A stretch of 64,000 bases of DNA from Nitrosopumilaceae archaeon (GTDB lineage: Archaea; Thermoproteota; Nitrososphaeria; Nitrososphaerales; Nitrosopumilaceae): the NCBI GenBank assembly GCA_965203465.1, contig CBDBCR010000003.1, positions 832,001-896,000 on the forward strand, read 5' to 3'. How positions within the stretch are numbered: position 1 is the first letter of the stretch; every line of letters begins with the position of its first letter. Shown piece by piece: positions 29,201 to 37,640 of the stretch. A program made the translations under genes and the position numbers. The notes under the pieces are model-generated. The model was given only the letters and a program-made list of their open reading frames with translations. It was not told the DNA's origin and did no database searches.

Positions 29201-32200
29201 GACGTCCCCAGGGCTTGCGCGGCCGGCGGGGCGCCGGGCGCCGACGAGGCCCCGATGGCGGCCGACATCACCGTCACGGCGTCTGCGCTGAACTCGAGGG
29301 TCAGCACCGCCGAGTTGCCCGTCTTGTGGGCCGCCGCCATGGCGGCCGCCAGCGCGGCCGGGTCGGCGACGGGCGACTCGTGCGGGACCAGGCTGGCCGT
29401 GCGGGAGCCGGTCGCGAACTCGTCCCGTATCTGCTCGGCCAGGGCGCGCTCCCACGGATCGTCCCTGAACACCACGGTCACGTGCGTCTTGCCGGCCTTT
29501 GCGAGCTGCTCGGCCGCGAACGAGCCTGCGAGCGCGTCGGGCGGCAACGTCCTGAATATCCCGTCGTCCTCGGCCAGCGAATGGGCCCCCAGCGGCACCG
29601 TCTCCCAGATGTCGCTGCCGAACTCGCGGTTGCCCTCGGCCAGCGAGGCGGCCGTCGAGCCGTAGCTTAGCAGGGTGATGCCGCGCTGCTCTGCGTACTG
29701 CTTTACCTGGGCGAGGCTAGCGGAGGTGGCCGGCCCTATAACCGCCTTTACGCCGGCCCCGTCAAGTTCTATCAGCTGCGCGAGCGCCTCGGAGGGCCGG
29801 CCCCCCGTGTCGCGCACGTCCAGCGTCGCGCGCCAGTCCGCGCCCTGCGCTTCCAGTTCCGCGTTGAGGTCGATCACGGCCGCCCTCATGGCCGCCTCCC
29901 AGTGCAGGCCCAGCGGCGAGACCGGGCCGGTCAGCGGAACCAGGGCGCCGACGCTCACCGTGCGCATGCCCCCCAGCCCGGCAGGCTCCGTAAGATCCAG
30001 GACGGTCAGCCCGCCGCGCGTGTTGTTCAGGCCGGTCACCGCCGCGTTGGACGAGGCGACGGCCGCGTACAGCCGCCCGTCGACGGTCCTGAGCGAGACG
30101 CCCAGCGGGTCGTCCAGGCCGACGCGCTCGCCGGCCGGATCGTTGTGGCCGTCGCGCGCGTACGCGAGGCGCTGCGGCGACGCGGGATCCGTGACGTCTA
30201 TCAAAAACAGCCCGTCGGGCTGATCGACCGTGGCGGCCAGCACGGTGCGCCCGCCGGCCCCGGAGACGTCGATCCGCTCGATGCTGTCGAGGGACGCCAG
30301 CGGGTGGCCGTCCAGGTACGGGCCGATGACGCCCGCCGAGCGGGGCGCGGACGGATCTTTCAGGTTCACTATCTGGATGAATTCGCCGCTGTATTCGTCA
30401 GGGTCGTCGCTGGCCACTATGGCCGCGTGCGGCACGCCGCCCAGCTCGAATGCGAGCACCTGCCCGGGCGAGAACAAGTCGCCGAACGCGCGCCCGTCCC
30501 TGTCGAGCATGCCCGGCGTTATGGAGGCCGCGCGCTTTGGATTCGCAGGATCCGAAAGATCCAGTATCTGGACGGAGCCGTCGCCGTCGTTGCCGTAATA
30601 CCAGTCGTCCAGCGAGGACACCACCGCGTACGTCGAGCCGCCGGACTCGAAGGTGTCTATGCCGACCGGGTTGTACAGCGAATCGAAGAGGCGGCCGTCG
30701 GCGTCCCTCTCGCCGGCCACGGCGAACGATATCTGCTGGATGGCGGCCGGATTTGAAATGTCCAGTATCGTCACGGCGCCCTGGTACTGGCTGTATGTCC
30801 CGCCGTACTGCGAGGCGAACGCGACGTAGGTCTTGCCGCCAGTCTCAAAGACGGCCAAGTCCGAGATTGTCAGCAGCGCGTCGATGTTGGTGGCCCAGGC
30901 GCCGTTGTTGACCGAGTACCCGCTGTTGGGGTTGCCCGGATCCGTAATGTCCACCATCTGGAACCCGCCCACCTGGTACGGGGCGCCCGGCGAGACCGCG
31001 ACGGCGTACGTGCGGTCCCCTATCTTGACTATCTCTACGGCGTCGGTCCCGTCCAGCTCGGCCAGCCGGCGCAGCGGGTCGGCGGCAAGGTCGGTCGTCG
31101 GCGTGATGCAGTGCAGCTGCTGCCCGGTGTACTGGTTGGGATCGGCGCAACCGTACATCGGCGAGCGGCCGTCGGCCATGTATGAGACCGAGCGCGGAGA
31201 GTACGGATCCGTGATATCTACTATCTGCAGGCCGTTGTCGTCCGCCGATGCCACCACGGCGAACGTGCCGGCCGAGCCGCGCAGGCTGACCGTTTCTGCC
31301 GGCGCCTCCGGCGAGCCGATCCTGCCGGACAGGTGAGCCTGCTCGGTGGCCGGATCGTAGCGCACGGTACTCCACATGCCCGAATACAGGGTGCGCGCCA
31401 GCTCTTCGCCGTCCACCGCGTACACGTCCACGTCGGCCGCGCCGCCCAAACTGTGGTAGTGCGTTATGGACGGTATGTTGAAGGCGTACCCCGGATCGTA
31501 GTTTTTCACCGTCCTGTACGGCGAGCCGGGCGATACCGGGGAGCCCGACGCCTGCCCGTCCGTTATCGCCGAGGCGAGCACCGCGGCCGTGTCCACGGGC
31601 GCGTACGCGGAGCGCGCCGAGATTTGTACAGACTGCGCGGCCAGCGCGCGCTCGTGAAAGTCCTCGATGTTTCCGGGCGCGTACGATATGGACTGGCCGG
31701 CCGCGACCGGGTCGCGGAACGTGACGTACGCCGAGATCACCGCCGTCGGATCCAGGTACTGCGTGGTCCAGCTGGCCGGCACCGGCCACAGTATGGTGGG
31801 CAGATCGGGGCGCGGCGGGGGCGGTATGTCCCGGAGTATCACGCGCTCCTGGGGCACACGAACGGATACGGCTCCGCTGCCGCCGGACGACCACGCCTCG
31901 GCCGAGCCGGCGCCGGTCACGGGCATGTTGAAGTATATCCGCACGGTGTTGGGCGAGACCGACTCTGCGGACATTATGGCGGGCAGCACGGACGGGTCGG
32001 CCGTGTCGGATATCTCCAGGCTGGCAGCCGACGCGGCCGCGCCCAAGCCCGACAGGTCCTCCGCGGCGCCCTGCCCGAAGCGCAGGTGCGGCGCCGCGTA
32101 CACGGCGCCGGCCTGCCGGAGCGTCTCTGAAAGCTGTACCGTGATACGGGCGTCCAGATCGCCCGACGACGTAATCTGCGAGCCGGTCAGCGCGGTGCCG

Positions 32201-35200
32201 CCCGTCGTAAAGGGGCCGTCGGCCATGAAGATCTTTGCCAAGTCCGCAGAATCCCCGACCCGCTCGTCGAACGCGATCGCCAGCACCCCGGTGGCCTCGT
32301 CGAGGGCCGCCGAGACGGCCACCGGGCCCGTGGCGTCCGGCGTCGGGGCGGGCACCGGCGTCCGGGACGCGGCGAGCGCAAGCTGCCCGCCGGCGGGCCT
32401 GAACGCGTCTGCGCCCACCAGAATCTCCAGATCCGACATGCCTTGGACGGCCGTTTTCTGCGCGGGGGTCAGCCCGATCGTGGCGGTGATGGAGCTGATC
32501 GCGATCGAGGCGCCCCCCAGGGCCAGCGAGGGCGAGCCGTCCCGCTCGCGGATAGTCATCTTTGAGAGCGTGTCGGCCTCGGCAGTGTGCGCGGCCACGT
32601 CCCCGCTGAAAACGAGCGTCAGCTTGGCCGCGGCGCGGTTGCTCGCGCTGCCCGGATCGGCGTCGGCCGTAAAGTTGTTCAGGTCGACTGCCGCCGAGCG
32701 GAGCGCGATATTCGAGAACAGCGGCGCGGAGCGCGAGGCCGAGGCGGGCCGGTCGGACAGGTCGTCTACGGCGCCCGCGTCGATGCGCAGGTGCGGATCC
32801 GAGTATCCCAGGACGGCCGCCAGCGTGGCCGAGCTCAGCTCTACGGAGAGGCCGGCGTCGGCGTCGGACGCGGACGTCACCGAAGAGGAGGACAGCGGCG
32901 TGCCGCCGGCGGCGAACGGGCCGTCGTTGACGAATATTTTGGCCAGGTCCGCCGAGCCGTCCTTTACCGCCTCGTCGAACGCGACGGTCAGCACCCCGGC
33001 GCCCTCGTCGAGGGCAGCCGAGACGGCCACCGGGCCCGTGGCGTCCGGCGTCGGGGCGGGGGCCGATATCGTCTGCGCGGTGAGCGCAAGCTGCCCGCCT
33101 GCGATCCTGAACGCGTCTGCGCCTATCAGGATCTCGATGTCCTGCATGTCTTGGACTGCCAGTTTCTGCGCGGGGGTCAGCCCTACAGTGACGGCGCTAG
33201 AGCTGATCTCGATCGTGGCGCCCTCCAGGGTAAGCGAGGGCGAGCCGTCCCGGTCGCGGATAGTCATCTTTGAGAGCGTGTCGGCCGCGCTCGTGTGCGC
33301 TTCCACGTTCGCGCCAAAGCCGAGCTCGATCTTGGCCGCGCTGCGGTTGCTCGCGCTGGCCGGATCGGCGTCGGTCGTAAAGTTGTTCAGGTCGACGGCA
33401 GCCGAGGTCAGGGCGACGGCCGAGGTCAGGGCCATTTCGATCCTCGGCGTCGGGTTGCCCGACCTGTCCTGCCAGAGGCCCGCGGGGGCCGACATGTCCA
33501 CGCCGCCGGCAAACTGCCCCACCGTCCGGGCCTGCTCGGCCGAGAGCGGGACGGTGAGCGTGCGCGCCGAGGCCCCGACTGCCGCCGGCGCGGCCAGCTG
33601 GACCGGGCCGCCCGGGCCGGGCGCGGCAGCCGAGAGCGTGACGGTGCCGGATCCGACGGGCGGCTCGTCGAACTTGAGGATCAGCTGCCTGTTGTCCGCG
33701 CTCAGCCCGGCCTCGAACAGCCGCGGGGGCGCGTCGTCTACGAGTTTGAGGACCTGTAGGCCCGAGGCGCGGTAGTATGAGGAGACTATCGAAAACAGCC
33801 CCAGGTCGTTCCTGAACGTGTCCATGCCCGTGATGCTACCCTCGGGGCCGACCGAGGGGTCGGTTAGCAGCGCGCCGCCGCTGCTGTCCAGCGTGGCGGC
33901 CACCAGCGGGTTTGCAGGATCCGTCACGTCTATGGCCTGAAACCCGTTGTTGTCGGTGGAAAAGCGGTCGATGCTGTTGGAGGCCAGCAGGTACGTGTTC
34001 TGCCCCACCGTGACGGTCTTTAGCTCCCCCACCAGCCCGAGCTCCGTGAACCCGGCGCCCAGCTCGTCGGCGTCGGTCAGCGTGGCCGCCGTGGTGGGCG
34101 AAGATATCGTGCGGACGTGCCTCGGGTTTGCAGGGTCCGTGACGTCCAGTATGTACACGCCCGGGACGGGCGGGGCCAGTTCGTAGTGTTCGGTCGAGCC
34201 GCCCACGGCCGCGTACGTGCGCCCGTCCAGCGTGAACGTCGTGGCCGCGCCGGTCGGCTTCATCCTGTCGGACTGCCAGCTGCCTTCGACGGCGAGCTTG
34301 CCGTCCGATCTGACGCTAAAGATGTCGCACGCGGACGACTGGTACGAGGGGTTGTCGCAGGCCAGCAGGTACGTCGTGCCTCCCATCGTGAACGGCTCCA
34401 CGGTGTATTTGTTGTCCGTGCCGGCGCCGGCCCTGCCGTACGTGTTGCCGTTGAGATCCTGCACGCCGGACACCATGCGGTCTGCCAAGGACAGGCTCCC
34501 GTCCGTCGAGACGGCCAGCACCAGCAGGCCTCTGCTCAAGTATTGGCCGACCGCCAAGAACGCGTTGCCTCCCGCCTCGAAAGGCTGCACGGTCCACGGA
34601 GCGAGCGGGACTTGGCCGTCGGCAATGCGGGGGCCGAAGCGGAAGTCCACGGAGCCTCCCGATTCTACGACCTCGACCAGCTGCAGGGTCCGCGTGAACG
34701 TGGGCCCCGCGTGTCCGGTTACCGGCAGGAACGTCCTGCTACCCGCACTGAACGCATCCGAGACGTATATGATCGTGCCTGCGAATTGCCCCCCGGCCGG
34801 GTCGCGCTTGCCCTGCTTTGCCTCCGTCACGGTAGAGAGCGAGACCGAGCCGGAGTCTCCGATGCGCAGCACGGACAGGGTGTTTTCGCCGCCCGGCGAG
34901 ACGCGATCGGCCGGGCGGATGTTTATGCGGTAGTTGTTTCCGGCTAGATGCCCGCCTTCGCCCGCGTATTCTTGCGAATGGGTGAACCCCTGCAAGTCGC
35001 TGTAAAAGCTGGCAGTAAACGGAGTGGTGGTCGAGACCGCGGCGTACTGCTCGCCGCCGAACTCGAACACGACGACGTTGTTGGCGCCGTAGAGCCGCAG
35101 GCCCGTCGGATCGGAAGGGGAACTGTTCAAATCCAGCACGTGCGTCGCCGAAGAGACGGTGAGCGTGGCCGCGTCGGCGGCGGGGGCGGCAAGCGCAAAG

Positions 35201-35286
35201 CATGCAGCGGCCGCCAGCACGGCGAGCGCGCGGATGGTCACCGAACCGGGCAGTCCGGAACCCCCCCCCCCACGGAAGAAAAGCAC
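26206..35286 (-). CDS. Giant (~3,000 aa) secreted/surface protein: LVIVD repeats, tandem Ig-like repeats, LivJ-type solute-binding domain, C-terminal DCTPPTLG domain
   Basis: Signal peptide ALAVLAAAACFALAAPAADA; many D(V/I)(T/S)DPxxP repeats; VGALVPLTG...VIGPATS binding-protein motif; start ambiguous (35300, 35286 or 35241). Confidence 0.85.
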   Translation of the reverse strand: MLFFRGGGGSGLPGSVTIRALAVLAAAACFALAAPAADAATLTVSSATHVLDLNSSPSDPTGLRLYGANNVVVFEFGGEQYAAVSTTTPFTASFYSDLQGFTHSQEYAGEGGHLAGNNYRINIRPADRVSPGGENTLSVLRIGDSGSVSLSTVTEAKQGKRDPAGGQFAGTIIYVSDAFSAGSRTFLPVTGHAGPTFTRTLQLVEVVESGGSVDFRFGPRIADGQVPLAPWTVQPFEAGGNAFLAVGQYLSRGLLVLAVSTDGSLSLADRMVSGVQDLNGNTYGRAGAGTDNKYTVEPFTMGGTTYLLACDNPSYQSSACDIFSVRSDGKLAVEGSWQSDRMKPTGAATTFTLDGRTYAAVGGSTEHYELAPPVPGVYILDVTDPANPRHVRTISSPTTAATLTDADELGAGFTELGLVGELKTVTVGQNTYLLASNSIDRFSTDNNGFQAIDVTDPANPLVAATLDSSGGALLTDPSVGPEGSITGMDTFRNDLGLFSIVSSYYRASGLQVLKLVDDAPPRLFEAGLSADNRQLILKFDEPPVGSGTVTLSAAAPGPGGPVQLAAPAAVGASARTLTVPLSAEQARTVGQFAGGVDMSAPAGLWQDRSGNPTPRIEMALTSAVALTSAAVDLNNFTTDADPASASNRSAAKIELGFGANVEAHTSAADTLSKMTIRDRDGSPSLTLEGATIEISSSAVTVGLTPAQKLAVQDMQDIEILIGADAFRIAGGQLALTAQTISAPAPTPDATGPVAVSAALDEGAGVLTVAFDEAVKDGSADLAKIFVNDGPFAAGGTPLSSSSVTSASDADAGLSVELSSATLAAVLGYSDPHLRIDAGAVDDLSDRPASASRSAPLFSNIALRSAAVDLNNFTADADPGSASNRAAAKLTLVFSGDVAAHTAEADTLSKMTIRERDGSPSLALGGASIAISSITATIGLTPAQKTAVQGMSDLEILVGADAFRPAGGQLALAASRTPVPAPTPDATGPVAVSAALDEATGVLAIAFDERVGDSADLAKIFMADGPFTTGGTALTGSQITSSGDLDARITVQLSETLRQAGAVYAAPHLRFGQGAAEDLSGLGAAASAASLEISDTADPSVLPAIMSAESVSPNTVRIYFNMPVTGAGSAEAWSSGGSGAVSVRVPQERVILRDIPPPPRPDLPTILWPVPASWTTQYLDPTAVISAYVTFRDPVAAGQSISYAPGNIEDFHERALAAQSVQISARSAYAPVDTAAVLASAITDGQASGSPVSPGSPYRTVKNYDPGYAFNIPSITHYHSLGGAADVDVYAVDGEELARTLYSGMWSTVRYDPATEQAHLSGRIGSPEAPAETVSLRGSAGTFAVVASADDNGLQIVDITDPYSPRSVSYMADGRSPMYGCADPNQYTGQQLHCITPTTDLAADPLRRLAELDGTDAVEIVKIGDRTYAVAVSPGAPYQVGGFQMVDITDPGNPNSGYSVNNGAWATNIDALLTISDLAVFETGGKTYVAFASQYGGTYSQYQGAVTILDISNPAAIQQISFAVAGERDADGRLFDSLYNPVGIDTFESGGSTYAVVSSLDDWYYGNDGDGSVQILDLSDPANPKRAASITPGMLDRDGRAFGDLFSPGQVLAFELGGVPHAAIVASDDPDEYSGEFIQIVNLKDPSAPRSAGVIGPYLDGHPLASLDSIERIDVSGAGGRTVLAATVDQPDGLFLIDVTDPASPQRLAYARDGHNDPAGERVGLDDPLGVSLRTVDGRLYAAVASSNAAVTGLNNTRGGLTVLDLTEPAGLGGMRTVSVGALVPLTGPVSPLGLHWEAAMRAAVIDLNAELEAQGADWRATLDVRDTGGRPSEALAQLIELDGAGVKAVIGPATSASLAQVKQYAEQRGITLLSYGSTAASLAEGNREFGSDIWETVPLGAHSLAEDDGIFRTLPPDALAGSFAAEQLAKAGKTHVTVVFRDDPWERALAEQIRDEFATGSRTASLVPHESPVADPAALAAAMAAAHKTGNSAVLTLEFSADAVTVMSAAIGASSAPGAPPAAQALGTSQWFGMVALDNTLSHSLTERGVELLRQAASGTSTLETILDRDRIRAVAAQLAASSPSPEAAPYRAAYSAASGLSASGPISAEAIIAQSERIIEFVSRTKYTLIEEVPNREHPSFAQATRAISSMLDDRHGEFGMPTYAAYDAVRLLGRAMMQAPSFDAAQLREAIPDAADGHRGLAGDNTLDANGDLASAEFELSQVRDGQAVKIPHYEVPLTVTEFTLTSRHPSGMATGGASYEPTGTLVLQGGQRVLTSGAGACVDDAAGRTIVDISFRAEETFTMGEFDILINGRSASLQPPLPNPESSVEETTPPAKQFAAEWAACGTDADGPLDISVEVMIDGVPVTFGEERLTGPNVLVDNTAPQLEQASLVGDRSIALFYSEPVVTAASDYTLFEYGASSVPAASFVHGSGTASVLAMLAQSNAELMSSTRIDFQVSGVTDRVGNALLNGGAKSLVPADARDGAVVLRDTARDGRAELILPPDSIVRTVVARQPVAINASLLPDPAPPAASVASAGGQTAEFGSGLTVRFATATVVLPAGLQVGGLPADQTLPMSASSSTVPSDDYAFSYRLDTSQSATLVEVGDPAGRVELSLPARIEFSTPLQELVFVVTGGQTLAVQECPEELTGSSTHAQAAGHLASLEEQDGTDSGSCYVRESSTVWTGHFSAWGTGPVLPSRGSECDDCTPPTLGYDEYGAKLVDGGFSYNGLSSDVAYFFTPYPLIESEVGKQNTVALKMYENEGPRNVEHVSLAFGLRSGEVISESRAVINYDIAFDGTGTVSVIDPDGAIDIDTLSASHDVVDCSAGSSLECLSVTITHMFRAPLEFDIVGTDVWDRERNSWQNYYNHGIHVSGEPMDPQPGIEVDGMLLYPISSNTDVMIDGEGHLFKLSPEGEYMPLYNQSRLYHDIDESMYLYDGIPMQGYDRGDPEFRDHLYAQVMAAQKILDAMMPVPEPDAPAPAPQLPDLEADERRLREAVLAEQRRAALLFEELFGYQRINAQD
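32010..33415 (-). repeat. Intragenic tandem duplication, period 708 bp (236 aa)
   Basis: SAAVDLNNFT.DADP.SASNR...PTPDATGPVAVSAALDE occurs twice; identical DNA words at 32401 and 33109; ends approximate. Confidence 0.85.
35261..35271 (-). repeat. G11 homopolymer at the 5' end of the giant surface-protein gene
   Basis: 11 consecutive C on the + strand. Confidence 0.95.
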
Positions 35287-35336
35287 GCGGTTCTGGCCAC
35301 TGCCCGGGCGCCTCCGGGTGCCGTATTTAACAATGC

Positions 35337-35666
35337 CTAGGCCGCCAAGGCCCTATCTATCATGCCCTTGTACAGGTCCTTGCTGGCCGCGCCCACCTGC
35401 TTGGCCGCCTCCTGGCCGCCCTTTATGACCACGAGGGTGGGTATGCTGAAGACCTGGTACTTTGAGGCCAGCTCGGAGGCCTGATCCACGTTGACCTTTA
35501 CGAACTTTACGCGCCCGTCGTACTCGCCCGCCAGCTCTTCGACGATGGGCCCCACCATACGGCACGGCCCGCACCACTCGGCCCAAAAGTCCACGAAGAC
35601 GGGCACCTGCGAGCCGAGCACCTCGGATTCCCACTCTTTGGGATCGGTTATCTGGGCGACAGCCAT
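35337..35666 (-). CDS. trxA: Thioredoxin
   Basis: DFWAEWCGPC, SIPT. Confidence 0.95.
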   Translation of the reverse strand: MAVAQITDPKEWESEVLGSQVPVFVDFWAEWCGPCRMVGPIVEELAGEYDGRVKFVKVNVDQASELASKYQVFSIPTLVVIKGGQEAAKQVGAASKDLYKGMIDRALAA

Positions 35667-35736
35667 CGGGCGGCGGCCGCGGTTCGGCCCTAAATATGTT
35701 GATAGATACTTAAATGGCCTCCGCGGGGCCCACCCC

Positions 35737-36492
35737 GTGAGCGAGATGCGCCTCAAAAAGCTGCGCGGCTCCGGCGGGTACGTCATGGCCCAGGTGACCG
35801 ACGAGCAGCAGCGCGAGGGGAGCCTTGGGGGGCCCGACCTGTTCCTGGCCCCGATAGGCAGGCTCGATTCTGCATCCATATCCAAGTACCACTGCAATAC
35901 CTGCGAGAAGGACTTTGAGGGCAGCCCCGAGATCGAGTACCAGAACCCCAACGAGCAGGTGGCCGAGAACCTCACCCTCCTCGAGCGCGGCCAGTACAAG
36001 TGCCAATGCGGTTCTCCGATAGCAGAGTACCGCAAGTTCAGCAAGGGCGACGAGACGCGCGATGCCGGCGCCGCCTACAAGGCCGACCAGATAACGCAGG
36101 CCCCGCCGCAGCAGCAGCCGCCCCCGCAGCAGCAGCCGCGGCCCGAGCCCCGGGCCGAGCCGGCCCGGCCCGAGCCCCGGATCGAGCAGCGGCCCCAAGA
36201 GCCCGAGGCCACGTCGATCAATGCGATAGCCGGAATGGAAGTGTACGACGAGGACGCCAGGAAGGTGGGCACCGCCGTGCAGGTGGGCGTCGATTCTTCG
36301 CACAGCATAGTGCTGGTCATATCCGGGGACGGCGGCGCGAAGACGGCCGTCCCGTGGGCCTCGGTCAAGAAGGTGGGCCAGATAATACTGCTCGGCGGCG
36401 CGGCCGCGGCGCCCGAGCCGGGCAGGTGCAAGTGCGGGTTCGTCAACAAGCCCGGCGCGAAGTTCTGCGAAGAGTGCGGCACCAGCGTCTAG
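35737..36492 (+). CDS. Zn-ribbon / PRC-barrel domain protein
   Basis: CNTC..CQC, Pro/Gln linker, GMEVYDEDARKVG PRC barrel, C-terminal CKCG..CEECG. Confidence 0.75.
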   Translation: MSEMRLKKLRGSGGYVMAQVTDEQQREGSLGGPDLFLAPIGRLDSASISKYHCNTCEKDFEGSPEIEYQNPNEQVAENLTLLERGQYKCQCGSPIAEYRKFSKGDETRDAGAAYKADQITQAPPQQQPPPQQQPRPEPRAEPARPEPRIEQRPQEPEATSINAIAGMEVYDEDARKVGTAVQVGVDSSHSIVLVISGDGGAKTAVPWASVKKVGQIILLGGAAAAPEPGRCKCGFVNKPGAKFCEECGTSV

Positions 36493-36506
36493 CGGGGGCC
36501 GGCGCG

Positions 36507-37640
36507 GTGCTGACCGGATCAAGGTTCAGGCCCATAGTAAAGGACGCGATCATCGTGGCCGTCGGCGTCGCCATAATCTGGGGCTCGCTGATGGCCGTCT
36601 TCGGCACGCAGAACCCGTTCTACGTCGTCTCCAGCGGCAGCATGATACCGGCCCTGCAGGTCTACGACATCATCGTGGTGCAGGGCAACGATCCGTTCGA
36701 GGGGGTGGAGGTGGGCGACATCATAGTATTCGACAGGCCCTCGGACCGCTCGAGGGTCATAGTGCACAGGGTGGCCGCGATCACCGACGAGGATCCGTAC
36801 ACGGTCCGCACGCAGGGCGACGCCAACCCCGCGCCGATACCGGGCACCGACTACCCGGTCACCGCGGAAGAGTACATCGGCACGGTCGTGTACTCGGTGC
36901 CGCACGTCGGGTTCGTCACGCGCATATTCGCCTACCAGATAGGCGGCGTGCCGCTCAACTACATCCTGATAGCCATAATCGTCGGGGCCGTGATCGCGAG
37001 GCAGGTGCTCGGCAAGCCGAAGCCTAGGGGGCCGTCCTACGAAAAGGCGCTCTCGCAGGCCAGGGCCCACCTGGCCGAGAGCGGCGTGGACGACCGCTTC
37101 TCCCTAGAGTACGCCCGCAGGGGCTCGGCCATGCCCGCCGTCGAGGCGGGCTGGCCGCGCGCGCAAGAGCTGGAAAGGGCCGCGCGGTCGGGCAGGTGGG
37201 CCGACTACGAGCGCATCTACGACGAGTACGTCGCCGAAAAGCTGCCCTCGAGGCTCGCCGAGGTCCGGGCGCAGAGGGCCGCGGCGCAGGCCTACAACGA
37301 GCACGTGCGCGCCATGGTGGCGCGCGGCGCGCCGGTCTATGCGTTCGTCGAGCCGGGCGGGCTGCCCGCCGTCGGGCCGGCCCCGGCCACCTTCGACGGG
37401 CGCAGGAAAGAGAGGGGCATGGTCAGGGTCACGCTCGACTCCTCGAGGATCTCGGGCGGCGCGAGGCTCTCGCCCTCGGTGGCAAGGTGCGGGCCCGCCG
37501 GCCTCGACCCCGGCGAGCTCCAGGCGGCCGAGATCCGGGGGGACGCGCGCGGGGCCGTCACGCGCATAGAGACAGGCGGCCTGCAGCTGCCAGAGGCCGC
37601 GAAAAAGTTCGCCGCCGACAACGGCGTGCCCATCGAATAG
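36507..37640 (+). CDS. Signal peptidase I (Sec11-type) with long C-terminal extension
   Basis: VSSGSMIP, IVHRV, TQGDAN. Confidence 0.85.
   Translation: MLTGSRFRPIVKDAIIVAVGVAIIWGSLMAVFGTQNPFYVVSSGSMIPALQVYDIIVVQGNDPFEGVEVGDIIVFDRPSDRSRVIVHRVAAITDEDPYTVRTQGDANPAPIPGTDYPVTAEEYIGTVVYSVPHVGFVTRIFAYQIGGVPLNYILIAIIVGAVIARQVLGKPKPRGPSYEKALSQARAHLAESGVDDRFSLEYARRGSAMPAVEAGWPRAQELERAARSGRWADYERIYDEYVAEKLPSRLAEVRAQRAAAQAYNEHVRAMVARGAPVYAFVEPGGLPAVGPAPATFDGRRKERGMVRVTLDSSRISGGARLSPSVARCGPAGLDPGELQAAEIRGDARGAVTRIETGGLQLPEAAKKFAADNGVPIE

Noticed and set aside
26171-29455. 1094-aa alternative-frame ORF and other long Arg/Gly/Ala-rich shadow ORFs (e.g. 37674..39899, 41413..43146, 31667..33775)
   Set aside because: They overlap well-supported genes and are expected from stop-codon scarcity at high GC.
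36100-36200. CAG-rich / GAGCCCCGG repeats
   Set aside because: Explained by a Pro/Gln/Glu-rich protein linker.
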